A stretch of DNA of 64,000 bases from Gammaproteobacteria bacterium (GTDB lineage Bacteria; Pseudomonadota; Gammaproteobacteria; Pseudomonadales; Pseudohongiellaceae): assembly GCA_016764875.1 (NCBI GenBank), contig JAESQX010000041.1, positions 85 to 64,084 of the forward strand, written 5' to 3'. Under the pieces are notes generated by a model. It was not told the DNA's origin. It worked only from the letters and a program-made list of their open reading frames with translations, and did not search any database. The position numbers were made by a program, and so were the translations under genes. Shown here piece by piece: positions 40,669 through 54,281 of this stretch (its first letter is position 1; each line of letters begins with the position of its first letter).

Positions 40669-42063
40669 ATGTCGAGCACTGATAACGATACCATTTGTGC
40701 TATCGCTACCCCACCGGGTAAAAGTGGTATAGGTATCGTCAGGGTTTCCGGCTCTTCCTGTAAAGAGATTGCAAACAAAATACTTGGTTTCTATCCGAAC
40801 CCAAGACATGCTTATTTCTCTAATTTCTTCGGCAAAAATTCTATAATTATTGACAAAGGTATCGCCCTTTTTTTTGAAGCACCAAATTCTTTTACTGGCG
40901 AGGATATACTGGAATTACAGGGACACGGCGGATCTTTCATATTAAATTACTTGTTGAAAGCCGTAATTGACAATGGTGCCAGAATAGCTAGACCAGGTGA
41001 GTTTTCTGAACGTTCATTTATGAATTCAAAGATGGACCTAGCGCAGCTAGAGGCAGTAGCAGACCTGATTGAAGCAAGCACTGAGCAAGCGGCAAAGTCA
41101 GCACTACGCACACTGGACGGAGAATTTTCCAGATTAATTGATGAACTGGTTGCCAGGATTCTGGAGCTGCGTGTTTATCTGGAAGCGTCCATTGATTTTA
41201 CCGAAGAGGAAATCGATTTCCTTTCGCAAGGCCGCTGTATTGAAAGGCTCCAGAGTATTATCGATCTACTGGAAAGTGTTCTTGATCAGGCAAAGCAAGG
41301 CGCCATTTTAAGGGAGGGAGTGACGGTTGCCATAGCAGGAAAACCAAACGCTGGTAAGTCCAGCCTGTTGAATGTCTTATCAGGAAAAGATTCCGCCATT
41401 GTCACAGATATTCCCGGTACCACCAGGGATGTCCTTTCGGAGGTCATTGAAATAGATGGATTACCAGTCCATCTTGTCGACACGGCCGGATTGCACAACA
41501 GCCGGAATATTGTGGAAAAAGAAGGTATTAAACGGGCACATAAAGCCATCAACGCGGCTGACCTCATATTGTTGGTAATCGATGCCGAAACGTTTACCGT
41601 TAACTCCCAGACCGTATCGACTATCTTTAATGAAACAGCTCTGGACGAGACCATTTTAAGTACCGATAAACTCATAGTGGTTTTTAACAAGATAGATCTA
41701 CTACCGCAGAACAGCCTTCCTTCATCCAGGATCTGTATCAATGACCAGCGTATCCACAGCGTCGGTGTTTCAGCAAAAACACATTACGGTATTGACCAGT
41801 TGCGAGATCAACTGAAGAACCGTGTTGGGTTTAGCATGACCGGAGAGGGCCACTTTATTGCCAGAGAAAGGCATATCATCGCACTAAAGCAATCCAGGGA
41901 AGTCTTGTTAAGCGCGCAAATTCAGCTACAAAATAGCGGTGCTATCGAACTCGTAGCTGAAGATTTACGCCTGGCCCAGAATTTTCTCGGGGAGATTACC
42001 GGGAAAGTGACCAGCGATGACCTACTGGGTGAGATATTTTCGAGTTTTTGTGTCGGCAAGTAG
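40669..42063 (+). CDS. mnmE: tRNA modification GTPase MnmE
   Basis: 464 aa with G domain GKPNAGKSSL and DTAG, and a C-terminal C-x-G-K motif (FCVGK). Confidence 0.95.
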   Translation: MSSTDNDTICAIATPPGKSGIGIVRVSGSSCKEIANKILGFYPNPRHAYFSNFFGKNSIIIDKGIALFFEAPNSFTGEDILELQGHGGSFILNYLLKAVIDNGARIARPGEFSERSFMNSKMDLAQLEAVADLIEASTEQAAKSALRTLDGEFSRLIDELVARILELRVYLEASIDFTEEEIDFLSQGRCIERLQSIIDLLESVLDQAKQGAILREGVTVAIAGKPNAGKSSLLNVLSGKDSAIVTDIPGTTRDVLSEVIEIDGLPVHLVDTAGLHNSRNIVEKEGIKRAHKAINAADLILLVIDAETFTVNSQTVSTIFNETALDETILSTDKLIVVFNKIDLLPQNSLPSSRICINDQRIHSVGVSAKTHYGIDQLRDQLKNRVGFSMTGEGHFIARERHIIALKQSREVLLSAQIQLQNSGAIELVAEDLRLAQNFLGEITGKVTSDDLLGEIFSSFCVGK

Positions 42064-42514
42064 CTTTTTTAAACACAAATGATATTTTTCATAGTTAACA
42101 AGTTGTTTATTTGTGGCACTTTTCTGTGAGTAAAAGCGGCCTTGAACTGGATAACAAGGGGATAAATTTAAGCGGGTTTGGTGAGTCTTATTTTGTGCAC
42201 AATTGATACATACGTTTAAGGCTATTTAAACAGTACTTATCAATAACCTTATCATTATGATAACTATTTGAAAACAAAGGCTAAATAATGGTTATATACA
42301 GAATTTAGCGACCCTATCATTATCAGTATTAATACTTATATTTATCTATTTATATATAATTATTAACTAGTTTTTATTAATAAATAAACAGTGCTTTTGG
42401 GCTCGAATTGATCACTTTTCTTTTGATTTTGAAAGCGTATACTTGTCGGCCCTTTTTCCTTAATAACTGTTGATTAATCGAAGCCTCCCAGGGGCCAGGT
42501 AAATAAATATAACT

Positions 42515-44422
42515 ATGAGCTACTTTCCTGAATATGATGTGATTGTTGTGGGTGGCGGTCATGCCGGCACCGAAGCAGCCCTTGCTTCTGCCAGGACCGG
42601 GGTAAATACCTTATTGGTTACCCACAATATCGAAACTCTGGGTCAGATGTCCTGCAACCCGGCCATCGGTGGGATTGGCAAAAGTCACCTGGTGAGGGAA
42701 ATCGATGCCCTCGGTGGCGTCATGGCCAGGGCAACAGATCAGGCAGGCATTCAATTCCGGGTACTTAATGCCAGCAAGGGGCCGGCCGTGAGAGCCACCA
42801 GGGCCCAGACAGACCGGATTCTGTACAAAGCAGCAATCCGCCATGTGTTGGAGAATCAGCCTAACCTGCATATTTTCCAGCAGGGCGTAGATGATCTCAT
42901 ATGCGATTCAGGCGAAGTGGCAGGTGTTATCACGCAAATGGGTTTACGTATTATGGCCCGGAAAGTGGTTTTAACCACCGGGACTTTCCTGGGAGGATGT
43001 ATTCATATCGGTATGGAACATTCTTCCGGCGGCAGAGCGGGTGATCCGCCGTCCATAACACTTGCCCGGCGGCTCAGGGAATTACCTTTCAGGGTTTCCC
43101 GGCTTAAAACCGGCACCCCACCGCGTATTGATGCGAGAACCGTGGATTTTTCAGTAATGACTCTCCAGAGCGGCGACAAACCTGTACCGGTAATGTCATT
43201 TCTGGGCAGTGAGGCTGATCATCCGGAGCAGGTGAATTGTTATATCACCTCCACCAACGAACGTTGTCATGAAATTATACGCAGTGGCCTCGATCGTTCT
43301 CCTATGTACACAGGAGTTATAGAGGGTGTAGGGCCCCGGTACTGTCCGTCCATAGAAGATAAAGTTATGCGTTTTTCGGATAAATCTTCTCATCAGATAT
43401 TCGTTGAACCGGAAGGATTAAGTACCCATGAGCTGTATCCCAATGGTATATCAACCAGTCTGCCTTTTGATGTTCAGGTCGACATGGTTCATGAGATTAA
43501 AGGTTTCGAGCGGGCCCATATTACCCGGCCCGGATACGCCATTGAATACGACTTTTTTGACCCCCGGGATTTACATTATTCATTAGAGACTCGTTTCATC
43601 AAAGGTCTTTACTTTGCCGGCCAGATAAACGGAACAACAGGCTATGAAGAAGCCGGGGCTCAGGGTTTGCTGGCGGGGTTGAATGCAGCGCTATCGGTTA
43701 AGGAAAAAGAGCCATGGTGTCCGCGTCGGGATGAAGCCTATCTTGGTGTTCTGGTGGATGATCTTATTACCATGGGCACAACAGAACCTTACAGAATGTT
43801 TACCAGCCGAGCCGAATACCGGCTGACCCTCAGAGAAGATAATGCCGACCTGCGTTTAACTGACAAGGGTAGGGAACTTGGCCTGGTTGATGATGAGCGC
43901 TGGCAGAGATACAGCGAAAAGCGAGAAAAGCTGGAAAAGGAACTACAGCGCCTGAAAACCACCTGGGTGCAGCCGAACACCGCCAGCGCTGAGCGCATTA
44001 ATCACTTATTGGAAAAACCCATAACCCGTGAGTACAATCTGACAGATCTACTGGCACGGCCGGGGGTGAATTATAACTCGCTGAATGACGCCTTCGAGGG
44101 ATTAGAGGGCAAACCAGAGCAAGATCAGCAGGACAACCAGGTAACCCGGCAAGCGGAAATACAGATTAAATACCAGGGTTATATAAACCGCCAGCAAAAT
44201 GAAATAGAGAAATTGAAAACGCAGGAAGACACGCTTCTACCGGAAGATTTTAACTACCTACAGATGCAGGGATTGTCCAACGAACTTAAGCAAAAGCTGG
44301 ACTGCTCCAGACCGGAAAATATTGGTCGGGCATCAAGGATTCCTGGAATGACGCCAGCCGCAATATCCCTGTTGCTGATTTATCTTAAAAAACATCGAGT
44401 TGTTAACAGGAAGGCTGGTTAG
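42515..44422 (+). CDS. mnmG: tRNA uridine 5-carboxymethylaminomethyl modification enzyme MnmG (GidA)
   Basis: 635 aa with FAD motif [14 protein letters not shown] and a highly conserved GidA sequence. Confidence 0.96.
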   Translation: MSYFPEYDVIVVGGGHAGTEAALASARTGVNTLLVTHNIETLGQMSCNPAIGGIGKSHLVREIDALGGVMARATDQAGIQFRVLNASKGPAVRATRAQTDRILYKAAIRHVLENQPNLHIFQQGVDDLICDSGEVAGVITQMGLRIMARKVVLTTGTFLGGCIHIGMEHSSGGRAGDPPSITLARRLRELPFRVSRLKTGTPPRIDARTVDFSVMTLQSGDKPVPVMSFLGSEADHPEQVNCYITSTNERCHEIIRSGLDRSPMYTGVIEGVGPRYCPSIEDKVMRFSDKSSHQIFVEPEGLSTHELYPNGISTSLPFDVQVDMVHEIKGFERAHITRPGYAIEYDFFDPRDLHYSLETRFIKGLYFAGQINGTTGYEEAGAQGLLAGLNAALSVKEKEPWCPRRDEAYLGVLVDDLITMGTTEPYRMFTSRAEYRLTLREDNADLRLTDKGRELGLVDDERWQRYSEKREKLEKELQRLKTTWVQPNTASAERINHLLEKPITREYNLTDLLARPGVNYNSLNDAFEGLEGKPEQDQQDNQVTRQAEIQIKYQGYINRQQNEIEKLKTQEDTLLPEDFNYLQMQGLSNELKQKLDCSRPENIGRASRIPGMTPAAISLLLIYLKKHRVVNRKAG

Positions 44423-44430
44423 CGGCGGTT

Positions 44431-45096
44431 ATGAGTTTTTTAATCACAGAAGAACAGTTGCTTGGGTTGCGAGAAAAGCTGCAATCAGGACTCGATGAAC
44501 TGGGTCTGAAAATCACACCAGAGCAGGTGGATATGTTGCTGAGCTTCCTCGAAGTACTGGGGAAGTGGAATAAAAAATTCAATCTCAGTGGCATAAAAAA
44601 GCCATCAGAAATGATCTCCCGCCATTTGCTTGATTGCCTGGCGGTATCACCCTATATCGAAGGAAGCGTAATACTGGATGTTGGCTCCGGGGGAGGGTTG
44701 CCGGGGATACCTTTAGCCATATTACACCCTGATAAACATTTCATTTTACTAGACAGTAACGGCAAAAAGACCAGGTTTCTATTTCAGGTAAAATTGGCGC
44801 TGGGACTGGATAATATCACTATAGAAAATAAGCGAATAGAAGACTATCAATGTACTGAGCAAATTGATATTGTCATGAGTCGCGCGTTTTCTTCCCTGGC
44901 CAAGTTAGTGCAATCATGTGCCTCGGTAGCGGGAGAAAACAGCAAGTTATTAGCCATGAAAGGCATTTACCCGACGACTGAAATAGAGGAATTGCCTGAG
45001 GGCATCAAAATTTCTCGGGCAATAGAGCTGACCATTCCTGGAATTGAAGGTGTAAGGCATCTCATAGAGATTCCATTCAAACAACCTTCACAGTAA
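44431..45096 (+). CDS. rsmG: 16S rRNA (guanine527-N7)-methyltransferase
   Basis: 221 aa with SAM motif DVGSGGGLPGIPLAI, downstream of mnmG. Confidence 0.93.
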   Translation: MSFLITEEQLLGLREKLQSGLDELGLKITPEQVDMLLSFLEVLGKWNKKFNLSGIKKPSEMISRHLLDCLAVSPYIEGSVILDVGSGGGLPGIPLAILHPDKHFILLDSNGKKTRFLFQVKLALGLDNITIENKRIEDYQCTEQIDIVMSRAFSSLAKLVQSCASVAGENSKLLAMKGIYPTTEIEELPEGIKISRAIELTIPGIEGVRHLIEIPFKQPSQ

Positions 45097-45169
45097 TGCC
45101 ATTGTCAGTAAAGAAGCGGAAACAAAAAGCGCAATAGGATTAGGATAAAGCAGTGGAGTTATTCACCCA

Positions 45170-45955
45170 GTGAGCAAGGTATTGGCAGTAGCAAATCAAA
45201 AAGGGGGCGTCGGTAAAACCACCACCTCCGTCAATCTGGCCGCTTCACTCCACGAAACCAGGAAAAAAGTACTTCTGATAGACCTTGATCCCCAGGGAAA
45301 TGCCACTACCGGCAGTGGCGTCGATAAATCTCAACTGGAACTGTCTATTTATGACCTGCTGACAAAACGCGCATCTTTTGATGAGGTAGTGGTCAAGCCG
45401 CAAGGAGTAGAATACCACCTGTTACCCACCAATGGCGATTTAACAGCCGCTGAAGTGGAACTGCTGGAGTTTCAGAACCGGGAGTTGCGCTTACGGGAAA
45501 TCGTCAATGAAATTCGCGATCGCTATGACTTTGTCGTCATTGATTGTCCTCCGTCCCTGAACATGCTGACAATTAACGCCCTGGTAGCCGCCGATGGTGT
45601 TTTAATCCCCATGCAGTGTGAATATTATGCGCTTGAAGGGTTGTCTGCGCTCATGGAAACCATTACTGCAATCAGTGAAAGCCTGAACCCCGAGCTTAAA
45701 ATCGAGGGTATATTACGCACCATGTATGACCCGCGTAACAAGTTAACCACAGAGGTTAATGGACAACTCTTTAGCTTTTTTGGGGATACTGTTTATCGTA
45801 CAGTGGTACCAAGAAATGTACGCCTGGCCGAAGCGCCAAGCTACGGTATGCCGGTTTTAAAGTATGATAGACAATCAAGGGGCGCTTTGGCCTATCTCGC
45901 TGTAGCGGGAGAGGTTTTACGGCGAATAGACAAGGCTGAATCCAGAGCCGTTTAA
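45170..45955 (+). CDS. parA: chromosome partitioning ATPase ParA (Soj)
   Basis: GTG start, 261 aa, with the deviant Walker A KGGVGKTT. Confidence 0.94.
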   Translation: MSKVLAVANQKGGVGKTTTSVNLAASLHETRKKVLLIDLDPQGNATTGSGVDKSQLELSIYDLLTKRASFDEVVVKPQGVEYHLLPTNGDLTAAEVELLEFQNRELRLREIVNEIRDRYDFVVIDCPPSLNMLTINALVAADGVLIPMQCEYYALEGLSALMETITAISESLNPELKIEGILRTMYDPRNKLTTEVNGQLFSFFGDTVYRTVVPRNVRLAEAPSYGMPVLKYDRQSRGALAYLAVAGEVLRRIDKAESRAV

Positions 45956-45994
45956 CCAGCCACCAGGGACAACGCTTTAGCAGCGGAAATAGAA

Positions 45995-46972
45995 ATGGCA
46001 GCAAAGAAAAAGCTCGGCAGAGGATTGGATGCGCTGTTATCCCAATCCAACAGTGACAAAATGGCCACACTGCTCGGAGGCAATAGTACCGGGCAAGTAA
46101 AACCGGGAGAATCTGCTATTCAGCATGTGGCTGGATCGGCTCCTGCAGTACCGGTTACGCCACTGCCTGTTGCAACAGAAAACGGTGGGGAAAAAACCGC
46201 CGATCTCAAGAATATTCCTATCGATCTGATTCAACCGGGAAGATATCAGCCCCGAACAAACATGCATGAAGCGGCTCTGGAAGAGTTGGCTAACTCCATT
46301 CGCCAGCAGGGAGTAATGCAACCCATTGTATTAAGATCCATTTCCTCAAGTCGCTATGAAATTGTGGCGGGTGAACGTCGATGGCGTGCCAGCCAACTGG
46401 CTGAATTGCATACAATCCCGGCAATAATAAAGGAAGTCAGTGACGAATCAGCTATTGCCATGAGTTTGATAGAGAATATTCAACGGGAAAACCTCAACCC
46501 CATTGAAGAGGCGATGGCGCTAAAGCGCCTGCAGGACGAATTTCAGCTAACTCAACAGGAAGTCGCGGAGGCCGTGGGGAAATCCCGCGCAACGGTCACC
46601 AATTTAATTCGTCTGATTGGTCTGAGTCCGGACGTTCGACGCATGTTGGAGCATGGGGACCTGGAAATGGGTCATGCCAGGGCCATGTTATCGTTACCGG
46701 ACATTCAGCAATCCGAAGCCGCCAGAACAGTGGTCGGGAAGGGGCTGTCTGTAAGGCAAACCGAATCCCTGGTTAGACGCTTGATTGCGGGAAACGGGGG
46801 CCGTAAAAGTAGCAACGTAGTAGACCCTGATATCAAAAACCTGGAAGAAAGTCTGGCCGGTAAATTAGGCGCTAAAGTCCTCATTCAGCACACCGCAAAG
46901 GGTCGAGGAAAGCTTATTCTAAAATACAATTCTCTGGATGAGCTGGACGGCATTTTATCCCACATTAATTGA
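45995..46972 (+). CDS. parB: chromosome partitioning protein ParB (Spo0J)
   Basis: 325 aa with N-terminal GRGLDALL, arginine patch GERRWRA and an HTH region. Its N-terminal linker is longer than usual. Confidence 0.94.
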   Translation: MAAKKKLGRGLDALLSQSNSDKMATLLGGNSTGQVKPGESAIQHVAGSAPAVPVTPLPVATENGGEKTADLKNIPIDLIQPGRYQPRTNMHEAALEELANSIRQQGVMQPIVLRSISSSRYEIVAGERRWRASQLAELHTIPAIIKEVSDESAIAMSLIENIQRENLNPIEEAMALKRLQDEFQLTQQEVAEAVGKSRATVTNLIRLIGLSPDVRRMLEHGDLEMGHARAMLSLPDIQQSEAARTVVGKGLSVRQTESLVRRLIAGNGGRKSSNVVDPDIKNLEESLAGKLGAKVLIQHTAKGRGKLILKYNSLDELDGILSHIN

Positions 46973-46985
46973 TTCCCTGTCTGTA

Positions 46986-47014
46986 TTGATTAGGGACATC
47001 AAAGTCCCTATAAT
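46986..47014 (+). promoter_or_regulatory. putative sigma70 promoter of the atp operon
   Basis: TTGATT (46986-46991), a 17-nt spacer, then TATAAT (47009-47014). The spacer region carries the perfect inverted repeat TAGGGAC-N6-GTCCCTA. Confidence 0.55.
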
Positions 47015-47072
47015 GCGCCATCTTTGGAGACCGCCGCCGTATCAGGGCGGGTTAAGCTTCGGGCAATAAAGG

Positions 47073-47495
47073 GTGCTGAATCAGATGGTCCGCACAGCGA
47101 CAATGTCCAATTTGAAGCCCCCGCCAGTCTATAAAATTATAGTGATGCAGCTGGTGGCAACCGGTTTGATAGCGGTGGTGCTATTACTTTTTTTAAATGC
47201 CACGGCGGCCTTTTCGATCTTGATCGGAGGGTTAATCAGCGCCATTCCAAATTGTTATTTTACGATACAGGCGTTCAAATTCAACGGCGCACGTAACGCA
47301 GAAAAAGTCGTTAAGAGCTTTTTGAAGGGTGAAATAGGCAAAATAGTTATTACTATAGTTTTGTTTGCTTTAGCTTTTACCCAGATTACAAATGTAAATG
47401 AGATTGCTCTTATGGCGGGCTTTATAGCAGTGCAGTTTATCGGAATTATTATGTCCGCTGTTATTAGCAGCAGCCCATCAGGTAACAGAGCCTAG
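47073..47495 (+). CDS. atpI: ATP synthase protein I
   Basis: Small 4-TM protein at the head of the atp operon. The start is uncertain: GTG 47073, ATG 47085 or ATG 47103. Confidence 0.8.
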   Translation: MLNQMVRTATMSNLKPPPVYKIIVMQLVATGLIAVVLLLFLNATAAFSILIGGLISAIPNCYFTIQAFKFNGARNAEKVVKSFLKGEIGKIVITIVLFALAFTQITNVNEIALMAGFIAVQFIGIIMSAVISSSPSGNRA

Positions 47496-47508
47496 AACAC
47501 CAGGGTAA

Positions 47509-48405
<897 letters not shown>

Positions 48406-48424
48406 TGATTTAATTATTATCTGA

Positions 48425-48709
<285 letters not shown>

Positions 48710-48739
48710 TTAAAAAAGTGATTAGCGGGAGAAATCGCC

Positions 48740-49210
48740 GTGGATTTTAATTTAACTTTAGTTGGGCAGTCTATCGCCTTCTTTGTGTTCTGGTGGTTCT
48801 GCCAGAAGATGGTTTGGCCATTGTTTTCCAATATTCTGGAAGATAGAAAGAAGAAAATTGCCGATGGTCTGGAGGCAGCGGATCGTGCACAGCGAGATCT
48901 GATGCTGGCGCAGGAGAAGTCCACGGACAGCCTCAAGGAAGCCAAGGCAGTTGCCGCAGGCAATATTGACCAGGCAAACAAGCGTGCGAGCCAGATTATT
49001 GATGAAGCCAAGGATCAGGCCCGTGAAGAAGGAAAGCGTCTTATAGTAGCGGCCAATTCAGATATAGAGCAGGAAGTAAATCGGGCTAGAGAGGCATTGC
49101 GGACACAGGTTGCAGCCATTGCTATTGCTGGTGCCGAGAAAATTCTCGAATCATCTATTGATCAGGCGGCCAACGAAGAATTAATTAACAAACTCGCAAG
49201 CGAGCTGTAG
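48740..49210 (+). CDS. atpF: F0F1 ATP synthase subunit b
   Basis: GTG start, 156 aa, with one N-terminal TM helix followed by a long charged helix. Confidence 0.93.
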   Translation: MDFNLTLVGQSIAFFVFWWFCQKMVWPLFSNILEDRKKKIADGLEAADRAQRDLMLAQEKSTDSLKEAKAVAAGNIDQANKRASQIIDEAKDQAREEGKRLIVAANSDIEQEVNRAREALRTQVAAIAIAGAEKILESSIDQAANEELINKLASEL

Positions 49211-49221
49211 ACAAAAAACTG

Positions 49222-49758
49222 ATGGCAGATTTAACTACCCTGGCCAGACCCTATGCAAAAGCCGCTTTTGGCGTGGCGATGGAAAGCAATGAACTTGAAA
49301 ACTGGTCAAGCATGCTTTCTCTTGCAGCGAGTGTTGCGTCTGTAGATACCATTCGAGCTGTACTCGGGTCACCTACGTTGGCAACCGAGCAGCTGGCCCA
49401 GACCTTAATCGACGTTTGTGGTGACGAACTCGATCAGAAAGGGCAGAACTTTATGGGACTGCTGGCGCAGAATAAACGGTTAGGACTGCTGGCGGAAATT
49501 TCCGCTATTTATGAAATTTTCAAATCCAACCAGGAAAAGTCTGTGGATGTGGAAATCACCACAGCTTTTGAGATCAGTTCAGATGCCTCGGATAAACTGG
49601 CACAGGCTTTGAAAATTCGTTTGCAGCGAGACATCAATCTCGCCTCCAAAGTAGATACCCGCTTGCTCGGAGGCGCCATAATCCGTGCAGGTGATACCGT
49701 AATTGACAGCTCCATAAAGGGCAAATTGAATAAATTAGCTGAAGCAATGAATTCCTGA
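49222..49758 (+). CDS. atpH: F0F1 ATP synthase subunit delta
   Basis: 178 aa with the OSCP-like N-terminus [10 protein letters not shown]. Confidence 0.93.
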   Translation: MADLTTLARPYAKAAFGVAMESNELENWSSMLSLAASVASVDTIRAVLGSPTLATEQLAQTLIDVCGDELDQKGQNFMGLLAQNKRLGLLAEISAIYEIFKSNQEKSVDVEITTAFEISSDASDKLAQALKIRLQRDINLASKVDTRLLGGAIIRAGDTVIDSSIKGKLNKLAEAMNS

Positions 49759-49783
49759 ACACCTCAGGAACAAGGAAAAAAGC

Positions 49784-51328
49784 ATGCAACAACTGAATCC
49801 ATCTGAAATCAGCGAAATCATCAAACAAAGAATTGATAATCTCGATGTTTCCGTACAGGCAAAGAACGAAGGCACAATTGTAAGTGTAGCCGACGGCATT
49901 ATCCGCATTCACGGGCTAGCGGATGTTATGTATGGAGAGATGATCGAGTTTGAAGGGGGCATTTACGGAATGGCCCTCAACCTGGAAAGAGATTCCGTTG
50001 GCGCGATTGTTCTTGGCGACTATCTGACCCTGAGAGAAGGCCAGACCTGCCGTTGTACCAAACGTATTCTGGAAGTACCTGTTGGTCCAGAACTGGAAGG
50101 ACGGGTTGTTGATGCTCTGGGCAAACCAATTGATGGCAAGGGGCCGGTTGAAACAAAACTTACCGAACCCGTAGAAAAAATAGCTCCTGGGGTAATTGCC
50201 AGACAATCCGTATCTGAGCCAGTGCAAACAGGGCTGAAGTCCATTGACTCCATGACGCCTATTGGCCGGGGTCAGAGGGAATTGATCATTGGTGACCGTG
50301 AGGTAGGGAAGACCGCGGTAGCCATCGATACCATCATCAACCAGAAAGGCAAAGACGTTAAATGTATATACGTTGCGGTGGGCCAGAAGGCTTCATCCAT
50401 AGCCAGTGTAGTAAACAAGCTGGAAGAACATGGCGCTATGGAATACACCATTGTGGTAGCGGCCAGCGCATCTGATCCGGCGTCCATGCAGTATATTGCC
50501 CCCTATTCCGGCTGCAGCATGGGTGAGTATTATCGTGATCGCGGTCAGAATGCCCTGATTATTTATGATGATTTAACCAAGCAGGCCTGGGCCTACCGCC
50601 AGATTTCACTGCTGCTGAGAAGGCCGCCAGGTCGAGAGGCCTATCCCGGTGACGTATTCTATCTGCATTCCCGATTATTGGAGCGTGCGTCCAGAGTAAG
50701 TGTTAGCTATGTTGAGAAGTACACCAATGGCGAAGTGAAGGGTCGGACTGGCTCATTGACAGCTTTACCTATTATTGAAACCCAGGCCGGTGACGTATCC
50801 GCCTTTGTTCCTACTAACGTTATTTCAATTACCGACGGGCAGATCTTTCTTGAAACAGACCTGTTTAACTCGGGCATACGACCGGCGATGAATCCCGGTA
50901 TATCGGTTTCCCGTGTGGGCGGTGCAGCACAGACCAAGATCATCAAGAAACTTGGTGGTGGTATTCGAATAGCACTGGCCCAGTATCGTGAATTGGCGGC
51001 ATTTGCCGCGTTTGCCTCGGACCTTGATGATACAACTCGCGCTCAACTGGAACACGGTCAGCGGGTAACGGAATTAATGAAGCAGAAACAATACTCGCCT
51101 TTGTCAGTTGCGGAAATGGCCATATCGCTCTATGCCGCCAACGAAGGATACCTGAAAGACATAGAGCTCAAGAAGGTACTTGATTTCGAAGCATCGCTAC
51201 TGTCTTACATGAACAGCGAGCACGGAGACCTGTTGGCCGAAATTAATAAAAGCGGCGATTATAACGATGATATCGAAGCTCAGTTCAAGGCGGCGATTGA
51301 CAAATTCAAGGCCACACAATCCTGGTAA
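49784..51328 (+). CDS. atpA: F0F1 ATP synthase subunit alpha
   Basis: 514 aa with Walker A GDREVGKT. Confidence 0.97.
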   Translation: MQQLNPSEISEIIKQRIDNLDVSVQAKNEGTIVSVADGIIRIHGLADVMYGEMIEFEGGIYGMALNLERDSVGAIVLGDYLTLREGQTCRCTKRILEVPVGPELEGRVVDALGKPIDGKGPVETKLTEPVEKIAPGVIARQSVSEPVQTGLKSIDSMTPIGRGQRELIIGDREVGKTAVAIDTIINQKGKDVKCIYVAVGQKASSIASVVNKLEEHGAMEYTIVVAASASDPASMQYIAPYSGCSMGEYYRDRGQNALIIYDDLTKQAWAYRQISLLLRRPPGREAYPGDVFYLHSRLLERASRVSVSYVEKYTNGEVKGRTGSLTALPIIETQAGDVSAFVPTNVISITDGQIFLETDLFNSGIRPAMNPGISVSRVGGAAQTKIIKKLGGGIRIALAQYRELAAFAAFASDLDDTTRAQLEHGQRVTELMKQKQYSPLSVAEMAISLYAANEGYLKDIELKKVLDFEASLLSYMNSEHGDLLAEINKSGDYNDDIEAQFKAAIDKFKATQSW

Positions 51329-51366
51329 GGGACGCTCACCCGGAAATCCCGGAGGGACAGTAGGTA

Positions 51367-52227
51367 ATGGCTGGCGGAAAAGAAATACGCACAAAAATCT
51401 CGAGTATCAAGAATACTCAGAAGATTACCAGAGCTATGGAAATGGTTTCGGCTAGTAAAATGCGTAAAGCGCAGGAACGCATGAGGCTGGGCAAGCCCTA
51501 TGCTCACCGTATTCGGTCTGTTATCGGGCACATCGCCAACTCCACTCCAGAATATCGGCACATTTATTTCGACACCCGGGAAGTTAAACGCGTTGGTTTC
51601 ATTGTTGTATCCACGGACCGTGGTTTGTGCGGCGGACTGAATATCAATGCCTTTAAAGCCACCGTTGCTGCAATGCAGGAATGGAATAAGAAGAATGTAG
51701 AAATCGACATTTGCACCATCGGCAGCCGAGCCGCCACCTTTTTCAATAACTATGGCGGTAATGTAGTGGCATCAGTGCGGGATATTGGTGATAAAGCCGA
51801 AGTATCTGACGTTATCGGTGCGGTGCGGGTAATGCTCGAAAAATTTGATGAGCAGAAAATCGACCAGTTAATGATTGTGAGCAATGATTTCGTCAATACC
51901 ATGACCCATAAGCCAGTAGTGCTGCAATTATTGCCTCTGTTGGCTTCTAAAGAAGAAGACCTGCAGCACCACTGGGACTATCTCTACGAGCCGGATGCCA
52001 AGGAATTACTGGACGGTTTATTGCTCAGGTTTGTTGAATCCCAGGTGTATCAGGCCGTGGTTGAGAATAATGCCTGTGAGCAGGCCGCCAGAATGATTGC
52101 CATGAAGAGTGCATCGGATAACGCCAGTGATCTTATGGACGAGTTGGAACTGATTTACAACAAGGCCCGTCAAGCGGCGATTACCCAGGAGTTGTCGGAA
52201 ATCGCGGGCGGCGCGGCGGCGGTTTAA
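51367..52227 (+). CDS. atpG: F0F1 ATP synthase subunit gamma
   Basis: 286 aa with [18 protein letters not shown] at the N-terminus and ITQELSEI at the C-terminus. Confidence 0.96.
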   Translation: MAGGKEIRTKISSIKNTQKITRAMEMVSASKMRKAQERMRLGKPYAHRIRSVIGHIANSTPEYRHIYFDTREVKRVGFIVVSTDRGLCGGLNINAFKATVAAMQEWNKKNVEIDICTIGSRAATFFNNYGGNVVASVRDIGDKAEVSDVIGAVRVMLEKFDEQKIDQLMIVSNDFVNTMTHKPVVLQLLPLLASKEEDLQHHWDYLYEPDAKELLDGLLLRFVESQVYQAVVENNACEQAARMIAMKSASDNASDLMDELELIYNKARQAAITQELSEIAGGAAAV

Positions 52228-52309
52228 CAGATTTAAGAAATGGGTGCTGTTGCAGGTAATGCGCCATTAAAGAATAGTTAACGAACATGAACAGATTAGA
52301 AGGTAATAG

Positions 52310-53710
<1,401 letters not shown>

Positions 53711-53749
53711 AATGGCTCAATTGACCAATAGAAAGACGAGTACCTGATT

Positions 53750-54163
53750 ATGGCCATGACAATGCACTGTGACATCGTAAGCGCTGAGAAAAGTATCTTT
53801 TCCGGCCTGGTTACGATGGTCGTCGCTGCTGGTACTCTGGGTGACCTGGGCATAGCACCGGGCCATGCGCCGTTATTGACAGCGTTAATTCCGGGGTCGG
53901 TAAAATTGGTGCTTGATAGTGGAGAAGAGGAAATTTTTTATGTCTCCGGAGGTTTCCTTGAAGTGCAGCGGGGCGTGGTAACATTGCTCACTGATGCTGC
54001 TCTTCGTGCCGATGATGTTGATGAGGCAGCAGCAGTTCAGGCTAAGGAAGAAGCCGAAAAAGCTATGGCAGACCAGACGGCCGAATTTGAGTACTCGGCG
54101 GCGGCGGCGCAACTGGCAGAGGCGGTGGCTCAGCTACGTGCTTTGCGGCAGATTAGAAAATAG
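53750..54163 (+). CDS. atpC: F0F1 ATP synthase subunit epsilon
   Basis: 137 aa, the last gene of the atp operon. Confidence 0.93.
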   Translation: MAMTMHCDIVSAEKSIFSGLVTMVVAAGTLGDLGIAPGHAPLLTALIPGSVKLVLDSGEEEIFYVSGGFLEVQRGVVTLLTDAALRADDVDEAAAVQAKEEAEKAMADQTAEFEYSAAAAQLAEAVAQLRALRQIRK

Positions 54164-54196
54164 GCCATTTAGCCCTTAAACAAAGACCTGGAACAC

Positions 54197-54227
54197 AAAA
54201 AAGGTAGCATCGGCTACCTTTTTTTTT
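54197..54227 (+). terminator. Rho-independent (potentially bidirectional) terminator after atpC
   Basis: AAAAAAGGTAGC, loop ATCG, then GCTACCTTTTTTTTT: a perfect stem flanked by an A-run and a T-run. Confidence 0.85.
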
Positions 54228-54281
54228 GCTTTTGTGTATTCTACAAGCTGTATTTTTTCTAGTTTCATCAATGAGTAATGA

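Noticed and set aside
42079-42129. 16-codon hydrophobic mini-ORF (MIFFIVNKLFICGTFL) just after mnmE.
   Set aside because: There is no Shine-Dalgarno sequence, it sits in an AT-rich region where short ORFs arise by chance, and nothing supports translation.
42249-42263. The TTATCATTATGATAA palindrome considered as a Fur box.
   Set aside because: My best alignment to the 19-bp Fur consensus GATAATGATAATCATTATC gives only about 11 of 19 matches. The region is so AT-rich that such matches are weak evidence. I kept it only as an unexplained palindrome.
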